NCBI GenBank assembly: GCA_951406725.2
Contig: OX597821.1
Span: 39,494,001 to 39,558,000, forward strand
Source: Octopus vulgaris
Lineage: Eukaryota
Direction of reading: 5' to 3'
Length of the DNA: 64,000 bases
A program made the position numbers and the translations under genes. The notes under the pieces were generated by a model. The model worked only from the letters and a program-made list of their open reading frames with translations, searched no databases and had not been told where the DNA came from. Positions within the stretch are counted from its first letter, which is position 1, and each line of letters opens with the position of its first letter. This document shows, piece by piece, positions 1 through 12,454 of the stretch.

Positions 1-418
1 GGGCAGCTGGTACAATGCAGTGAGCACCTGGCATCATTCTAGATGCCAACATTTGACCCATGACTGCAGCTGTCAGTAAGATGTGTTGCATGAAAGACGC
101 CCACACCAGTTCACCCTTATTTTCATCATTGTCATCGTCTACATCATGTGCTTCTTCTAAGTTACTGACTAGTTTATTTTCAATTCTGTTATTTTCTAAA
201 GCAATCTCTTTGCTAAAACTGACACCCTGCAGATTTTCCTTTTTAAGAAACCCTACCACTTGTTGTTGATGATGGCTCCTGTTTAATCTACTAATCTGGA
301 TCCTGAAATCTTTTTGCGATGGGAAAGAAGCATTCATCTTCCAGTAGCTAAGCCCTAGTCTGATTGTTTTCCATAAGTTGGCTGTAAAGAGACTGAGATT
401 GCTCCAATCTGGCCAGCC
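1..418 (-). CDS. Probable host protein-coding exon of unknown product, running off the left edge (possible start ATG at 337)
   Basis: The minus-strand frame from 418 to 1 has no stop: GWPDWSNLSLFTANLWKTIRLGLSYWKMNASFPSQKDFRIQ...EEAHDVDDDNDENKGELVWASFMQHILLTAAVMGQMLASRMMPGAHCIVPAA. It is preceded by a pyrimidine tract and AG acceptor (gtttttccttag|GGC). The sequence is non-repetitive and higher in GC than its flanks. It is absent from the ORF track because there is no stop inside the window. Confidence 0.6.
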
Positions 419-465
419 CTAAGGAAAAACTAAGCTAAGAGCATTAGATTCCTTGGAAGAAAGCA

Positions 466-835
466 GCGAATGTATACAAAAACAAGGATGGAAAAACACA
501 GTCAATGTTACACAAATACAAATACAATAAAAATAATAACAGGACATAACAACAGGTGTCTTTCGACAAAGGACGGATTGAATTAAGCTGGCGTGTGTGG
601 AAATGAAGCCTTATGGTAGAGATACGAGATTTCACAAACACAAGGAAGAATATTGATATTGCACAGACAACGGCCAGACCAAGAAAGAAAGAACAGGCTT
701 GACCGAACGCCGGTCACGTGGGAAGAGAAGAGAGAGAAGTAGAGGGACAGAAGAATTAAGGAGTGACAAGAAAATGACGGACACAGTGAAGTGAAAAGTG
801 GAGGGAAAGTGAGCAAGAAGAGAAGGCAAAGAAAT

Positions 836-838
<3 letters not shown>
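466..838. repeat. Probable interspersed repeat fragment abutting a (TA)n array
   Basis: Purine-rich, CpG-containing block with an abrupt junction to (TA)n at 839. It resembles retroelement ends but is single-copy in this window. Confidence 0.3.
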
Positions 839-879
<41 letters not shown>

Positions 880-925
880 CCCACACACACATATATATGG
901 GTGGTGCACCTGTGTGTGTGTGCGT
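839..925. repeat. (TA)n/(CA)n/(TG)n microsatellites
   Basis: Directly visible dinucleotide runs. Confidence 0.95.
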
Positions 926-2859
926 GCCAAACTGTCAAGTGGCTCTCTCTAAATACATCTATATATACACTCTACGCACTACCTAAAAATTGAAATCCAC
1001 TGTAACTCCCAGAGTGACAAATTGTTTTGAAGTGAGTGTATGTATTAGAATTCATAGAAATGTCACTTCTATCAAAAGAGGTTGGTGAAATGCTGCTGAA
1101 ACACTGCACTCAAAATAATCTGTTTGAATTCAAGAAGAGAACTTATGAAATTCTCCAGTTTCATCTCAATAAAGACAGAATTATGTTATTTAGTTGTTTA
1201 ATATATATATATATATTTGTTTATTTCACTTTGGATTTAAATAACAGCAACAAGAAAGAGAGAATTAGCCCATAGCAGTTGGAGTTCTTTGCCTTGCCAC
1301 TAACCTTTATATAGATTTAACTTGAATAATATTGCTAGACAATAGAGAACGGTTATTTTTTAACAGTTTCATAGCTGTAAACAGGCTGTAGTTTCACTCT
1401 AAATGGAAGGACAGACTGGCAGGAGGTAAAGTTCTCTTAGTCAGATTTTTATTGAGAGATTCGGAGTGAGAGGAGAGTGTGTGGTGAGGAGAACCACAAG
1501 GGAATCACATTAAATGAGAAAAGTGAGGGAGAAACAATATACAACTCCTCTGTGTGTGTGTATGTGTGTGTTGGACTTAAGTATGCTTACTCATATATAT
1601 ATGAAAAGCATATATTCATAAATGTTTGCGGACACATACGTTTCCAATATGTATAATTGCATATATCTTTATATATTGGTGCTTGCATATATATGCATAA
1701 TTTAAAGTACTCGCTCCCTCATACCCCACACACTTGTTTTGTGTGTGTGGGGTGTGTGCGTGTGGCATCTGTACATTAACTCTCATATGTATACATCTAT
1801 TCATATATAGAAATATGCATATGTCTGTGTTTGTGCATGTGATATCTGTTTATAGATATTCACATACATGCATCTATGCACATATATATATATGCATGTG
1901 TGCATGTATGTGTATGCAATCAAGTGCATGGGTGTGTGTGTGCATGTTTATATGTGTATCAATGTACAAATACAATTATGCAGGCCTTCATAAACTAACA
2001 AAAAAAAAGTGAAAATTATCTGAGATCAATAGACGAGAAAGAAGAACTGGGAGAAGCCAGTGAGGGAGAGGGAGAGAGAGAGAGAGAAGGAAACGGGAGA
2101 GAGGGAGAGGAAGAGAAGGAGAGAAAGATATAAAGAAAGGATGTTATAAAAGAAATAAAACTTCCACATTTTAGAAACGGACATCGACATATACATACAT
2201 ATGTACATACACACCTATATATATATATACATAGATGCATACCTACATATCTATAAACATACATACCTACAAATATACAAACATACAGAGACTGACATAC
2301 AAATATACATACAGAAATGTATACACTGACATACTTATTACACAGATACAAAAACAAATGCAAATGAAGTAATGTAAAATAATTAAATAAAAAAATGAAA
2401 TATTTTACTTCTAAACCAAATAAATAAATGTGTAATGCCAAACCGTCTTGGTATCTTTTTTTTTTTTTTTTATTTTATTTTTAATAAGCATAATAGAATA
2501 GAAAAGTAGCTGAATGAATTGTACATGTGCAGATATCAGATTGGCAGAAAATAATAGGGAACAAACTACAGAAAATACCCCCGTCGCAATACAATAGGCA
2601 ATGAATTCAGTAAAGTAGGGATAAAATGTATAGAGAGATATTGATGCGTAGAAAATGGCAAGTTGATGCTTAATCCTTTATCTGCTTCTAAGAAGCTGCA
2701 TATTAACCATTAAAATATTTTTCACCTTAACTTACGGGGAAAATATGATCTTTCTTTGACAACTCAAAGACTTTCAGAGAACTGTAGAAATTCAATGCAA
2801 TTCTATTGGTGTTCTGGCATCTGAGATATCACACAAACTCTCCATCTTTTTCACTACTC

Positions 2860-3045
2860 CACCTCTCTCTCTCTCTCTCTCTGTCTTTTACTTTTTCATC
2901 TCTGTGCATATGCATGTGTATGCATAAATTGTTGCATATATATGTAAGTATATGTATGTAACTATATGTATGTAATTATATGTATATATATATTGTTATA
3001 TGTATACACATACACATGAACATAAATGTACACAGATATACACTT

Positions 3046-3107
<62 letters not shown>

Positions 3108-3215
3108 CACATACAAATATACAGGCATATACACATATATGTACACACATATGTTTATTTATGCTTGCATTAAGCTTATGTGCATACATGTACACTCATA
3201 TACACATGCTCACAT
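2860..3215. repeat. Compound (CT)n/(TA)n/(CA)n low-complexity tract
   Basis: Visible dinucleotide runs; source of the spurious YIYI/HTHT ORFs. Confidence 0.9.
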
Positions 3216-3919
3216 TCATGACACCATGTAAATATTTGCTTTCAACTGATGTATATAGATCTGTAGGTGTCTGTGTACATTCATCCATGAAATTCTGTTT
3301 TGATAGTTATATTATTCAATATCTTATTTTAAGACTGGTATGTTGTACAAGAAAAATTAGTATATTTATGCATTTATGCAATATATACTTAGGCTCACAT
3401 GGACACATGAATAATGTATGCATGCATATATAAATGGATGAATTATGTACGCATACATTATGCATGTATCAAATACATTTCATAAATATCAGCCTATACA
3501 CTGGTTTATTTGGTTTATTCAGTCACTGAACTCATTGGGATGTTTGTGAAGAATATAACCACATGATACTGATGTATTAGTGGCATATCAGGAAATAGGT
3601 ACCCCTATTTCACCAAGTCTTCCTTTAGAAACATTTCAGTCTTATACCATAACTAACAAAATGTTAGGTAATACAATTCCATATTTCTGAAATGAGGGGT
3701 TTATATTATGTATTAGTTGGAGTGATGTCCTCTTCATCATTGTTGCTTTCACTACACTTATTTTATTGACCCTCCCAAAGGGACGAAAGACTAAATTGAC
3801 CTCGGTGGAATTTGAACTCAGAACATAAATAAAAAATATTAAATTAAATTAAATGAGTGTAAATAACGGACAGAGTCAAGACTATTGAAAAGGTTGCAAG
3901 ACGCAATGAAAATTTTAGG

Positions 3920-4010
3920 AAAATAAAAATAAGAAAAAAGTGGAAATTTTACCGGTGAATGTGTAACATAAGGCACAAAAAGAAAATGACTCTCCCCAGA
4001 CACAACAAAA
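3920..4010. repeat. Interspersed repeat shared with 37150-37232
   Basis: aaaataagaaa.aagtggaaattttaccggtg...ataaggcacaaaaagaaaatga.tctccccagacacaaca occurs at both loci. Confidence 0.75.
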
Positions 4011-5119
4011 AATATTAAGTCCTCAGAGAAATTTGTCCATCCCTCTCCCATTTATTTTAATCATTTTCAATTTTGTTTTAATTATATAAAAAATATTTGT
4101 ATTGTAGTGTTTTATTGGGTTTTTTTTTGTAGCCCTGTTCTTCTACAATTTTTGTATATCATTTTTGAAGTTTTAATGAATTTTACTTTTTTTCACACAT
4201 AATGACAATGGAGTGCCAAGTAGGAAAAAAAAATGAACAAATTTATCTGACAAGTGAATACTTGTAAAATTTTCTGTAGTTGCATTCCTTTATTAAATAC
4301 GGGTTCATTCAATTGACCATGTAGTTTCCATTGTAGACAAACACTAGAAAAGCATCATACAATGCTGGGATACATTTGATGTTGATGTTGGAGCACTTCT
4401 AACTATGTTATTCATAACAGTGACAAAATACTCTCTGCTTATTTAATTACATCAATTTCTGTTCTGAGATCAAATACTGTCAAAGTTGACTGTACATCTC
4501 ATTCTTCCTCTATCAATTTGCCCTTTATGTGTGGAAACATACACACATATGTATTCATGGATATCTATTTATTTATCTCTGTGACTATCATCAATCTCTC
4601 CTGCCAGCCAACCACTCAGCCATTCATCTGTCTATAAATAAATAAATAATAAAACTTTAGTCATCAGTCACTAGCAAATCTGATGAACTGGCAGCCCAAA
4701 CCATGATTTTCCTACTTGTTTTAAGGTTGCTTATGTAGACGTGGAAAGATGATGCTGATAACACTCCCACCTTTGACCCTGTTGAATACGGAGGGTGTAA
4801 CAGCTGGAGGGAGAGAACTGCACTGACACTTGACTGGTACCGATTGCCAACTGAGTAGACTGGAGCAATGTGGTTGCTGTTCCATCGTAATGGGCATGGC
4901 CAAATGGTTTGAGTGCTGCACTCAATTCACAAAGGCTGTTGTTTTGGTGGAGGTGGTGCACTGAATGGTTTTTCTTTTGTGGAACTCGTACAGTTTGGAC
5001 GAGGTTTCTGGTCTGAAGATAACCTCCTTCCTTTCTCTCCCAAAACTAAGAGACCTGGAAAAGGTCATTGGCACTGTCTTACCTCCTTTGCCTAAGCCAT
5101 TTCAAAGAGAAAGATCAGT

Positions 5120-5340
5120 GGTACATTAGCATGCCGAGCAAAATTCTTAGCGGTATTTCATCTGCCGTTACGTTCTGAGTTCAGATTCCGCTGAGGTCAA
5201 CTTTACCTTTCATCCTTTTGGGGTCGATAAATTAAGTACCAGTAATGTACTGGAGTTGATATAATCGACTTAATCCGTCTGTCTGTCCTTGTTTGTCTCC
5301 TCTGTGTTTAGCCCCTTGTGGGTAGTAAAGAAATAGGTAC
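5120..5340 (+). mobile_element. tRNA-derived SINE family A (Meta/MESC-like central domain)
   Basis: B-box-like gagttcagattcc, then ctttcatccttttggggtcgataaattaagtacc and the tail ccccttgtgggtagtaaagaaatagg. Possible ggtac TSD. More than 10 related copies in the window. Confidence 0.85.
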
Positions 5341-6102
5341 CATGGTTAATGTGAACTTTGAAAAGGTTTATCTTTTAGATAAAATTACACATTTTAAAAA
5401 ATATAAATGGGAAAATATATAACTGAGCTAACCAATAGAATCCTTCTTGGAAACTGTTCTAATAGACAGATGTAGGAGTGAAGATGGTTGTTTTGTATAA
5501 ATTAGTGCAAAGCCTATAATATCAAGTACTTGCAGCTGGAATGTTCACCAAATCTTTGCAAAAGATAATTCTTGTAAACGTATAATTTGTTTTTTGTTTT
5601 TATATATTTGCTGACTGTAAAACGAGGGTTATGCTGTTTTAAAGGGAAGCTCCAAAATAGATTTATGTCGTATTAGTAATATGGTTAAATACAAATTGTA
5701 AATACACTGTACATAATTTTATAGCTCATGTTATATAGCCTCAGAAAACTGTAGAAACTCCCCGAGGTCACTAACCAAGTGAAAAGGCAATTAATCAAGT
5801 GTGAAGTGAAGAAAACTGAGACGTGTATATCAGTTTGTAGAAGCGTTTGTGGAGTAGATGAAGATGAATGATATTACATTTAATTTATAATAAACTGGTT
5901 GTCAGTGCAGAAATTACACGTTCTAAACAAAACTCTCTCAAATGTTTGTCTTTCAGGTTTCTGCCTGTTTCAAGAAATTAAGCTGACATTCCAGGAAGTC
6001 TTAAGTGGTTGTATGGGAGTGACCATGTCATAGTTTTATTAACAGTAAAACAACAACAAATTCTATATTTTTGTGATGGGTTTTGCAAGACTTTGAGGTA
6101 AA

Positions 6103-6298
6103 TTTAACAATTATTTACATGTGACGGATATTTGTCCTCATCTTGTTTGTTGTTAACACTTTTCAGCTGATATACCCTCCAGCCTTCATCAGGTGTCTTG
6201 GAGAAATTTCGAACCTGGGTTCTCATTCCTAAGGTATTTTTCCATGTTATTATTATTATTATTAACAAGATGAGGACAAATATCCGTCAAATGTAAAT
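6103..6298 (-). mobile_element. HHR-bearing element family D, copy 1 (left part; right part at 7762-7810)
   Basis: Matches 7823-8063 and 46167-46508. Contains a minus-strand gacacCTGATGAaggctg..cagctGAAA core (6155-6197) and a short inverted copy of its own end (6264-6298). Confidence 0.8.
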
Positions 6299-7761
6299 CA
6301 TCATTGTTTAATGTCTGTTTTCCATGCTAGCACGGGTTGGACTGTTCAACTGGGGTCTGGGAAGCCAGGAGGCTGCACCAGGCTTCAGTCTGATAGAACA
6401 GTGTTTCTACAGCTGGATGTCCTTTCTAACGCCAACCACTCCATGAGTGTAGTGGGTGCTTTTTACGTGCAACTGGCACAGAGGCCAGAGGAGGCTGGAA
6501 ACGACCATGATTGGATGGTGTTTTTTACGTGCCACTGGCACGGGTATCACAACTACAATTTCCATTTGATTTTCATTTTGATGTACTTAATAGGTTTCCT
6601 CAAGGACAGCAGGTCACCCTACGATCCAAGTTACTTTTGAATGGGCTGGGGCTGGTTATGTGAAACTGGTGTAGGATACAGCTGTGAACTCACATTATTT
6701 GTCAGGTCCTTGCAGTCACAGCATATCTCCAGAGGTCTCGGTCTTTCGTCATTGCCTCTGTTAGGCCCAACATTCGAAGGTCATGCTTGACCACCTTGTC
6801 GCATGTCTTCCTGGGTCTACCTCTATCCCAGATTCCTTTAACTGTTTGGAAGTGGCACTACTTCACACACCTCTCCTCATCCATCCATAGTACATGACCA
6901 TACCAGCGCAAATGTCTATCTTGCATGCCACATCCAATTCTCCTTGTGTCCAATATTTCTCTCGGGGCGCTTACACTCTGTTGTGTGAGCACACTGACAT
7001 TACACATCCAGCAGATCATGCTAGCTTAATTTCTTTCAAGCCTATGCATGTCCTCCGCAGTCACAACCCATGTTTCACTGCTGTGAAGCCTGGCAGTTTG
7101 CACACATGAATCGTACAATCTACCTTTCACTCTGAGCAAGAGGCCCTTTGTCACCAGCAGGGGTAGAAACTTTCTAAACTTTGCCCAGGCTATTCTTATT
7201 CTAGTGGTAACACTCTCAGAGCATCCACCTCCACTACTAACTTGGTCACCTAGGTAGTGGAAGCTATCAACTACTTCTAGTTTCTCCCCCTGGAGTGTAA
7301 TGGAATCTGTTTTCTGAGCATCTGTGGTGCTTATTGCCCCTGTGCATCTGCCACACACAAAAGCTACCTTCCTGGTTAATCTTCCTTTGATGTTGCTGCA
7401 CCTCTTATGTGTTCATAGCTTACACTGGGTACATCTTATGGATGTTTCTACCTACACCTTTTCTATAGATCGAGCAGGGCCACCTACCTGAGGGGGCATG
7501 TGATGAGTTCACCTTCCTACTTACTAGAACTTTGGTCTTTGCTCCATTGACTCTAAGGCCTTTTGATTCTAAACCTAACTTCCACACCCGAAATTTCTTC
7601 TCTAGTTCCGGTAGTGATTCTCTTATGAGGGCCAGGTCATCAGCATAGAGGAGATCCCAGAGGTAACCCATCTTGAATTCCTCTCTTATTACCTAGAGGA
7701 CTATGATGAATAAAAGGGGACTGAGGGCTGATCCTTGGTGGACCCCTACTTCTACCCAGAA
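6299..7761 (-). mobile_element. 5'-truncated RTE-clade LINE (RT C-terminal half with PHD-like finger, 3' UTR, (GAT)n tail); pseudogenised
   Basis: Minus-strand VGVHQGSALSPLLF..LLYADDLAL..GLRVN..KTK..FHYLGD..RIRIAWAKF..KGRLYDSCV..SETW, with stops and frameshifts. It continues into the tail seen in about 15 short copies elsewhere. Confidence 0.93.
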
Positions 7762-7822
7762 AATGTACATAATTCCTCATCTCTTAAATATAGAAGTTTA
7801 AACTTAACAAGGTTAATTAAAC

Positions 7823-8063
7823 TTAACAATTATTTACATTTGACGGATATTTATCCTCATCTTGTTTGTTGTTAACACAATGTTTCGACTGATATACCCT
7901 CCAGCCTTCATCAGGTGTCTTGGGGAAATTTCGAACCTGGGTTCTCATTCCTAAGGTATTTTTCCATGTCATTATTATAACAAGATGAGGACAACTATCT
8001 GTCAAATGTAAATAATGTACATAATTCCTCATCTCTTAAATATAGAACTGTAAACTTAACAAG
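7823..8063 (-). mobile_element. HHR-bearing element family D, copy 2 (tandem with copy 1)
   Basis: Near-identical to 6103-6298 + 7762-7810. Confidence 0.8.
7874..7919 (-). ncRNA. Minimal type-I hammerhead ribozyme motif (family D)
   Basis: Reverse complement gacac-CTGATGA-a-ggctg(gagggtatat)cagtc-GAAA-catt-gtgtt. Stem I is gacac/gtgtt, stem II is ggctg/cagtc, and the stem III palindrome has decayed from ACGT. Confidence 0.75.
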
Positions 8064-8984
8064 TTTAATAAATCTGAATAAAAGTAATTTAATTGATGAA
8101 TGTATCATGTGACTTTACAGTGTCATCTTACACTGTAACCTCACACCTGGTCATTAATGTAGACTGCAAATGTCACAATGTAATACATTTCATAGAAAAC
8201 CTCTGCTGGAGCCTATAACTTTATGCAACTAGCTTTCATATGTAACATCATGTGTGATATCATATGTGATATCCTGTGGGATGTTTATTTAATATCATAT
8301 ATAACGATCCTCATTCATTGGTTTTAATTAGTTTAGAAATGTGCTGTTATTATTTTAATCTAATCAAGATTTTGCTTTGAAAATAGAAATTAGGATGCAA
8401 CAGGTAGAAAAAATAGAAAAAATATGGAAATGCAAGAGATTATATGAAAATATGAAGTGTTGGAGAACAGTTTGGGAATTTATTTTAGACCAACTCCATT
8501 AAATTTATCATAGATTTTCTAATACATGCCATTTGTGTATAACAGATTATTAAGTATTTAATTACACTACTAACGAATGCATGATTTTAATTCCCAGAGT
8601 AAACCTATTGAAGGATCATGTCTTCAGACTAATTAAATTTAATTAGGTTTATTTTTAGATCCAATTAGGATAGTTTATATATCAATCAGATGATGTAGCT
8701 CTGGTGATTAGTGTTCAAAGAAAAATCACATGACACACAAAAAAAGCACATGAATGGTTTTAACCTTGCTCCAAACCATTTCAAGAGTAGAACTGTTAGA
8801 TCAAATACTTATGGGTTGTAATTAAAAGATTATAATTTTGGTCTAGTTGAGTATCATTAACTTGGATGCTGTTTGACTGTATGACCAGGAATGATTGGAA
8901 CTGTCTTAAAACTGAGATGACTCAATAGGTTAAAATCTTAATCTTTCAGGGCCTTTGTGAGGATGGAAGAACAGAATATTTCGT

Positions 8985-9508
8985 GACAAAATCAAATTTG
9001 ATGACTGGCATTCGTGCTAGTGGGGTGCAAAGAGCACCATACGAGTGTGATCGTTGATAGAGCAGCTAACCGGCTTCCATGCCAGTGGCACATAAAAGGT
9101 ACCATTCGAATGTGATCATTACCAGCGTCGCCTTACTGGCACTTGTGCCCGTGCTAGAAGGGTGCCAAGAGCACCATCCGAACGTGATCGTTGCCAGAGC
9201 AGCCAACTGGCTTCTGTGCAGGTGGCACGTAAAAGGGCACCATTCAAGCATGATCATTACCAACATCGCCTTACTGGCACCTGTGCCGGTGGCATGTATA
9301 AAATGATTCGAGCGAGAGCATTGCCCGTACCACCTGATTGACCCCCATGCCGGTGGCATGTAAAAAGCACCCACTACACTCTTGGAGTGGTTGGCGTTAG
9401 GAAGGGCATCCAGCTGTAGAAACTCTGCCAGATCGAGATTGGAGCCTGGTGCAGCCATCTGGTTTGCCAGCCCTCGGTCAAAAGCGGACATTAAACGATG
9501 ATGATGAT
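8985..9508 (+). mobile_element. RTE 3'-end fragment with ~6 tandem 60-70-bp units and (GAT)n tail
   Basis: Repeated aaaagcaccat.cga..gtgatc.ttgccag..tgccggtggcac units, then ggttggcgttaggaagggcatccagctgtagaaac ... ttaaacgatgatgat. Confidence 0.88.
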
Positions 9509-12454
9509 TAGTTTGGTCTGAAAGAACAGGTTATGCCTGTGTCATTTACTGGTCTTCTGAGATCAGAGTGATGTGGTTATTCTCTCCTCTTGGATAGTCA
9601 ATAGCTACAGATAAAACATAAACAGATAAAACAGAATTCTGGAGGAATAATGTTGTGAGGAAGATGGAGTTTGCAAAGTGGTTGGTGCAGGGTCTGAGAG
9701 AAGTGGGGAGATGGGTGAGTCAAGAGGCTCTGAGGAGAAGTGATCTAAAATTAGCTTACCCTGAGAATTAGAAAAGGCCGAGAGAGGACATAGCAATTTT
9801 AGATGTCAAAGGTTGGAATGCATTGATCTGCTGATTTGATGCTTTAAAATAATGCCTGGGCGAAATTTGTTTTGGAAGTTTGATAAAGTAACAACATATT
9901 TTAATTCTAAACTGGGTTTGTGCACATGAATTAAACCTTATGTGCATGATATAAAGTCCTGAGGTAAAACTCTATCAAATCTATCACTGAATGTACACTC
10001 CAAATTGAATTATTTCTAAGTGAATAACTTCACCGTCATAAATCACTTGTTGCGAAGTGGGAATGTAACAACATACATTTTTACTGCTCTATAAATCTGA
10101 GATATTATTACTAATTGCTAGTTAATAAATTCTATTCATATCTATTTTATTGTCATTATATTTTCATAAATAAATACAATGCAAAGTACATTGATACCTG
10201 ACTTAAGTAACAATTAACCCATTTCACACAACAATGCTGACAGGACATAATGATGATTGCATTATTGATCGAAATTGCTAAATGCAGAATCACTACAATA
10301 TGATTACAGTGAAGTAATAAGACATGTTTCTACACATCTCACTTGCTTTTCTTAATTGATAAACAATTATTCTACAGGTGTATCTTTTTACAAGCTTCTT
10401 TTTATGAGTATTTTTTTCTCAATTAGTGAATTGGTGTATTTTTTTACTCTCATTTATGAAAAACAAAAAAAGAAAATGAAAAAAAAATGTAATAAAGTCA
10501 ACCATCTGTACAGAAAAGAACACTGGTTTATGCTGACCCTACATAAAAGTGGTCCCTGATTATACAGATAACTTTTGTATTTTACATACAGAGTACACTG
10601 TAGGACCAACTGATGACTGGGGAATTAAAATGATATTTTGATCGCTTCCAACTCTTTGCCTCCTTCAAGAGGTTCTGGGCAGCAAAGATGCTACAAGGAA
10701 ATTACTGAATTTTGTTAGCTCACACTGTATGATGCTTTCTTTCTGTTATTCATGCAACCATCATACCAAGCCAGGTGCAATTTTAACCATTCCTACTATT
10801 CAGAAACTATTTTGTTTTCTTATTTTCCGAGGATTTGTCTTTTAGCTCTCAGCCTCTCTCTCTCTCTCTCTTCCTTGTAACATGTCCATAACTTCACTCT
10901 CAACTCCACAATTCATTGTTAGGCTATTCTTTCTAAATTCAATGCTTCATGTTGTTGAAAATATGTCAATGTCCGTTCAAAATTTATGGCAGTGGAATTT
11001 GAAAATTATTCTGCAAAACAAGATACTCAAGCTGACTCAACTGACCAAGCATCTTTAGAAGAGAATACTCATTTGTTACCAGTCAGATCTGAAAACTGAT
11101 TAATGTTTACCAAAGTCTCTTCTTCTCATAGAAGTAATTAAAGATAAAGTTGATAAACTTCAAATAAGAATAGCATGGGAAGAAAAAAAAATCATGACTT
11201 TTCAATACTCTCTGGTGAAGAATATTGAAAAATCATGTTTTTTTTTCTGTTGGAGAAAAATACAAGAAGGGGAATAATAAAAAAGATGTTTCTCACACAA
11301 TGATGACAAGTTTGTATGGAACCTTTCACCTGTAAGCCATCATATTCTAGGTCAAGACTGTACCTTCATTATTTTCTTTTAAGCCAAAAATTCTGGTGTA
11401 CACTGACTTTAGATTTAGATTAATGAAGTTAAATGAAGGCTTTCTAATATGAAAACCCTGATTTCTAGGAAACCTTATTTTGGTTCTACCAAATTATTTG
11501 TAGTGGATGAATGCTCACTGTTGCTAATCGATTTTTATTTAATATTGTATTTGATTCTTCCTTTAAAGAACAAAGACAATTTTCCTTCCTTTTTTGTCAA
11601 GTTCAAATCTAATCAACATCAAATTTAATCAACAACAAGCACTAATTATGGATTTGTAGGCCTTCTATTTTTCTGAGCTCATGCTGTATTTAGTTAGTCC
11701 ATTGGTCAGATACTTGAAGAAATCAATTAATTATAGCCAATTACTGTGTAATATCTTAATTGTCATTCAGATTTCAATCTCAACTGGATCACATCTAATC
11801 CTTGACTCAATTTAAAGCTTCAAACTCTACGACCTCCAATAATTGAATATTTAGTGATTAAAAAGATACAGTAGAAAAATGAAATGAAAAAACAAACAAA
11901 AAGCATATAAAAAGCTGAAATATTGGTCATTTTCTAATAAATGCATGTATTTTGCTTGTAATTAAAGAATTAGGCACCTGATTAAATCTGATTAAATGTA
12001 TTGTGAATATGTCAATTATGCTCAAAACTAATTAGACAAACTTTTTTTTCATGCAATAACTGTAGCATTCTCTTGTTCCTACAAAAATGAAGGAACTTTG
12101 AGGAATTTAAAGAGTAATTCCCCAAGCTGACAATGAGTGTGTGTGTGTGTGCATGGTGGCTAACAATTAATTCTCCTGAGGCCATTAAATACATCAGTGT
12201 TCTGAGCAGAGTTGCATGCTTTACTTGGACAGTTTACCCAAAAGCAATGTTGGTCAAATACCATCATCTGATCCACATATTTCACTCTTTAATCGTTCAT
12301 TCTTCTCCGATCGATAAAAATTATATGATATATGTTGAAATAACTTTTTGTACATGCCTTAGTTTGATTTTCTGCTTCTTTCATGAATAAATATTTGCTC
12401 TTTGCAAAATATAGGATGGAATCATTTGAGTTGATTGTAATTACTATCATAGAA

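Noticed and set aside
4676-4712. CTGATGA followed by possible hammerhead elements
   Set aside because: No GAAA box and no convincing stem II.
6311-6640. Recurrent ORFs of the type 'FLQLDALPNANHS..VVGAF' (also 24440, 35506, 49029, 56454)
   Set aside because: These are antisense readings of the RTE 3' tail. The similarity reflects repeat copies, not a gene family.
9009-9370. CRISPR-like periodic repeats
   Set aside because: The units are contiguous diverged tandem repeats without unique spacers, they belong to an RTE 3' UTR, and there are no cas genes in this eukaryotic context.
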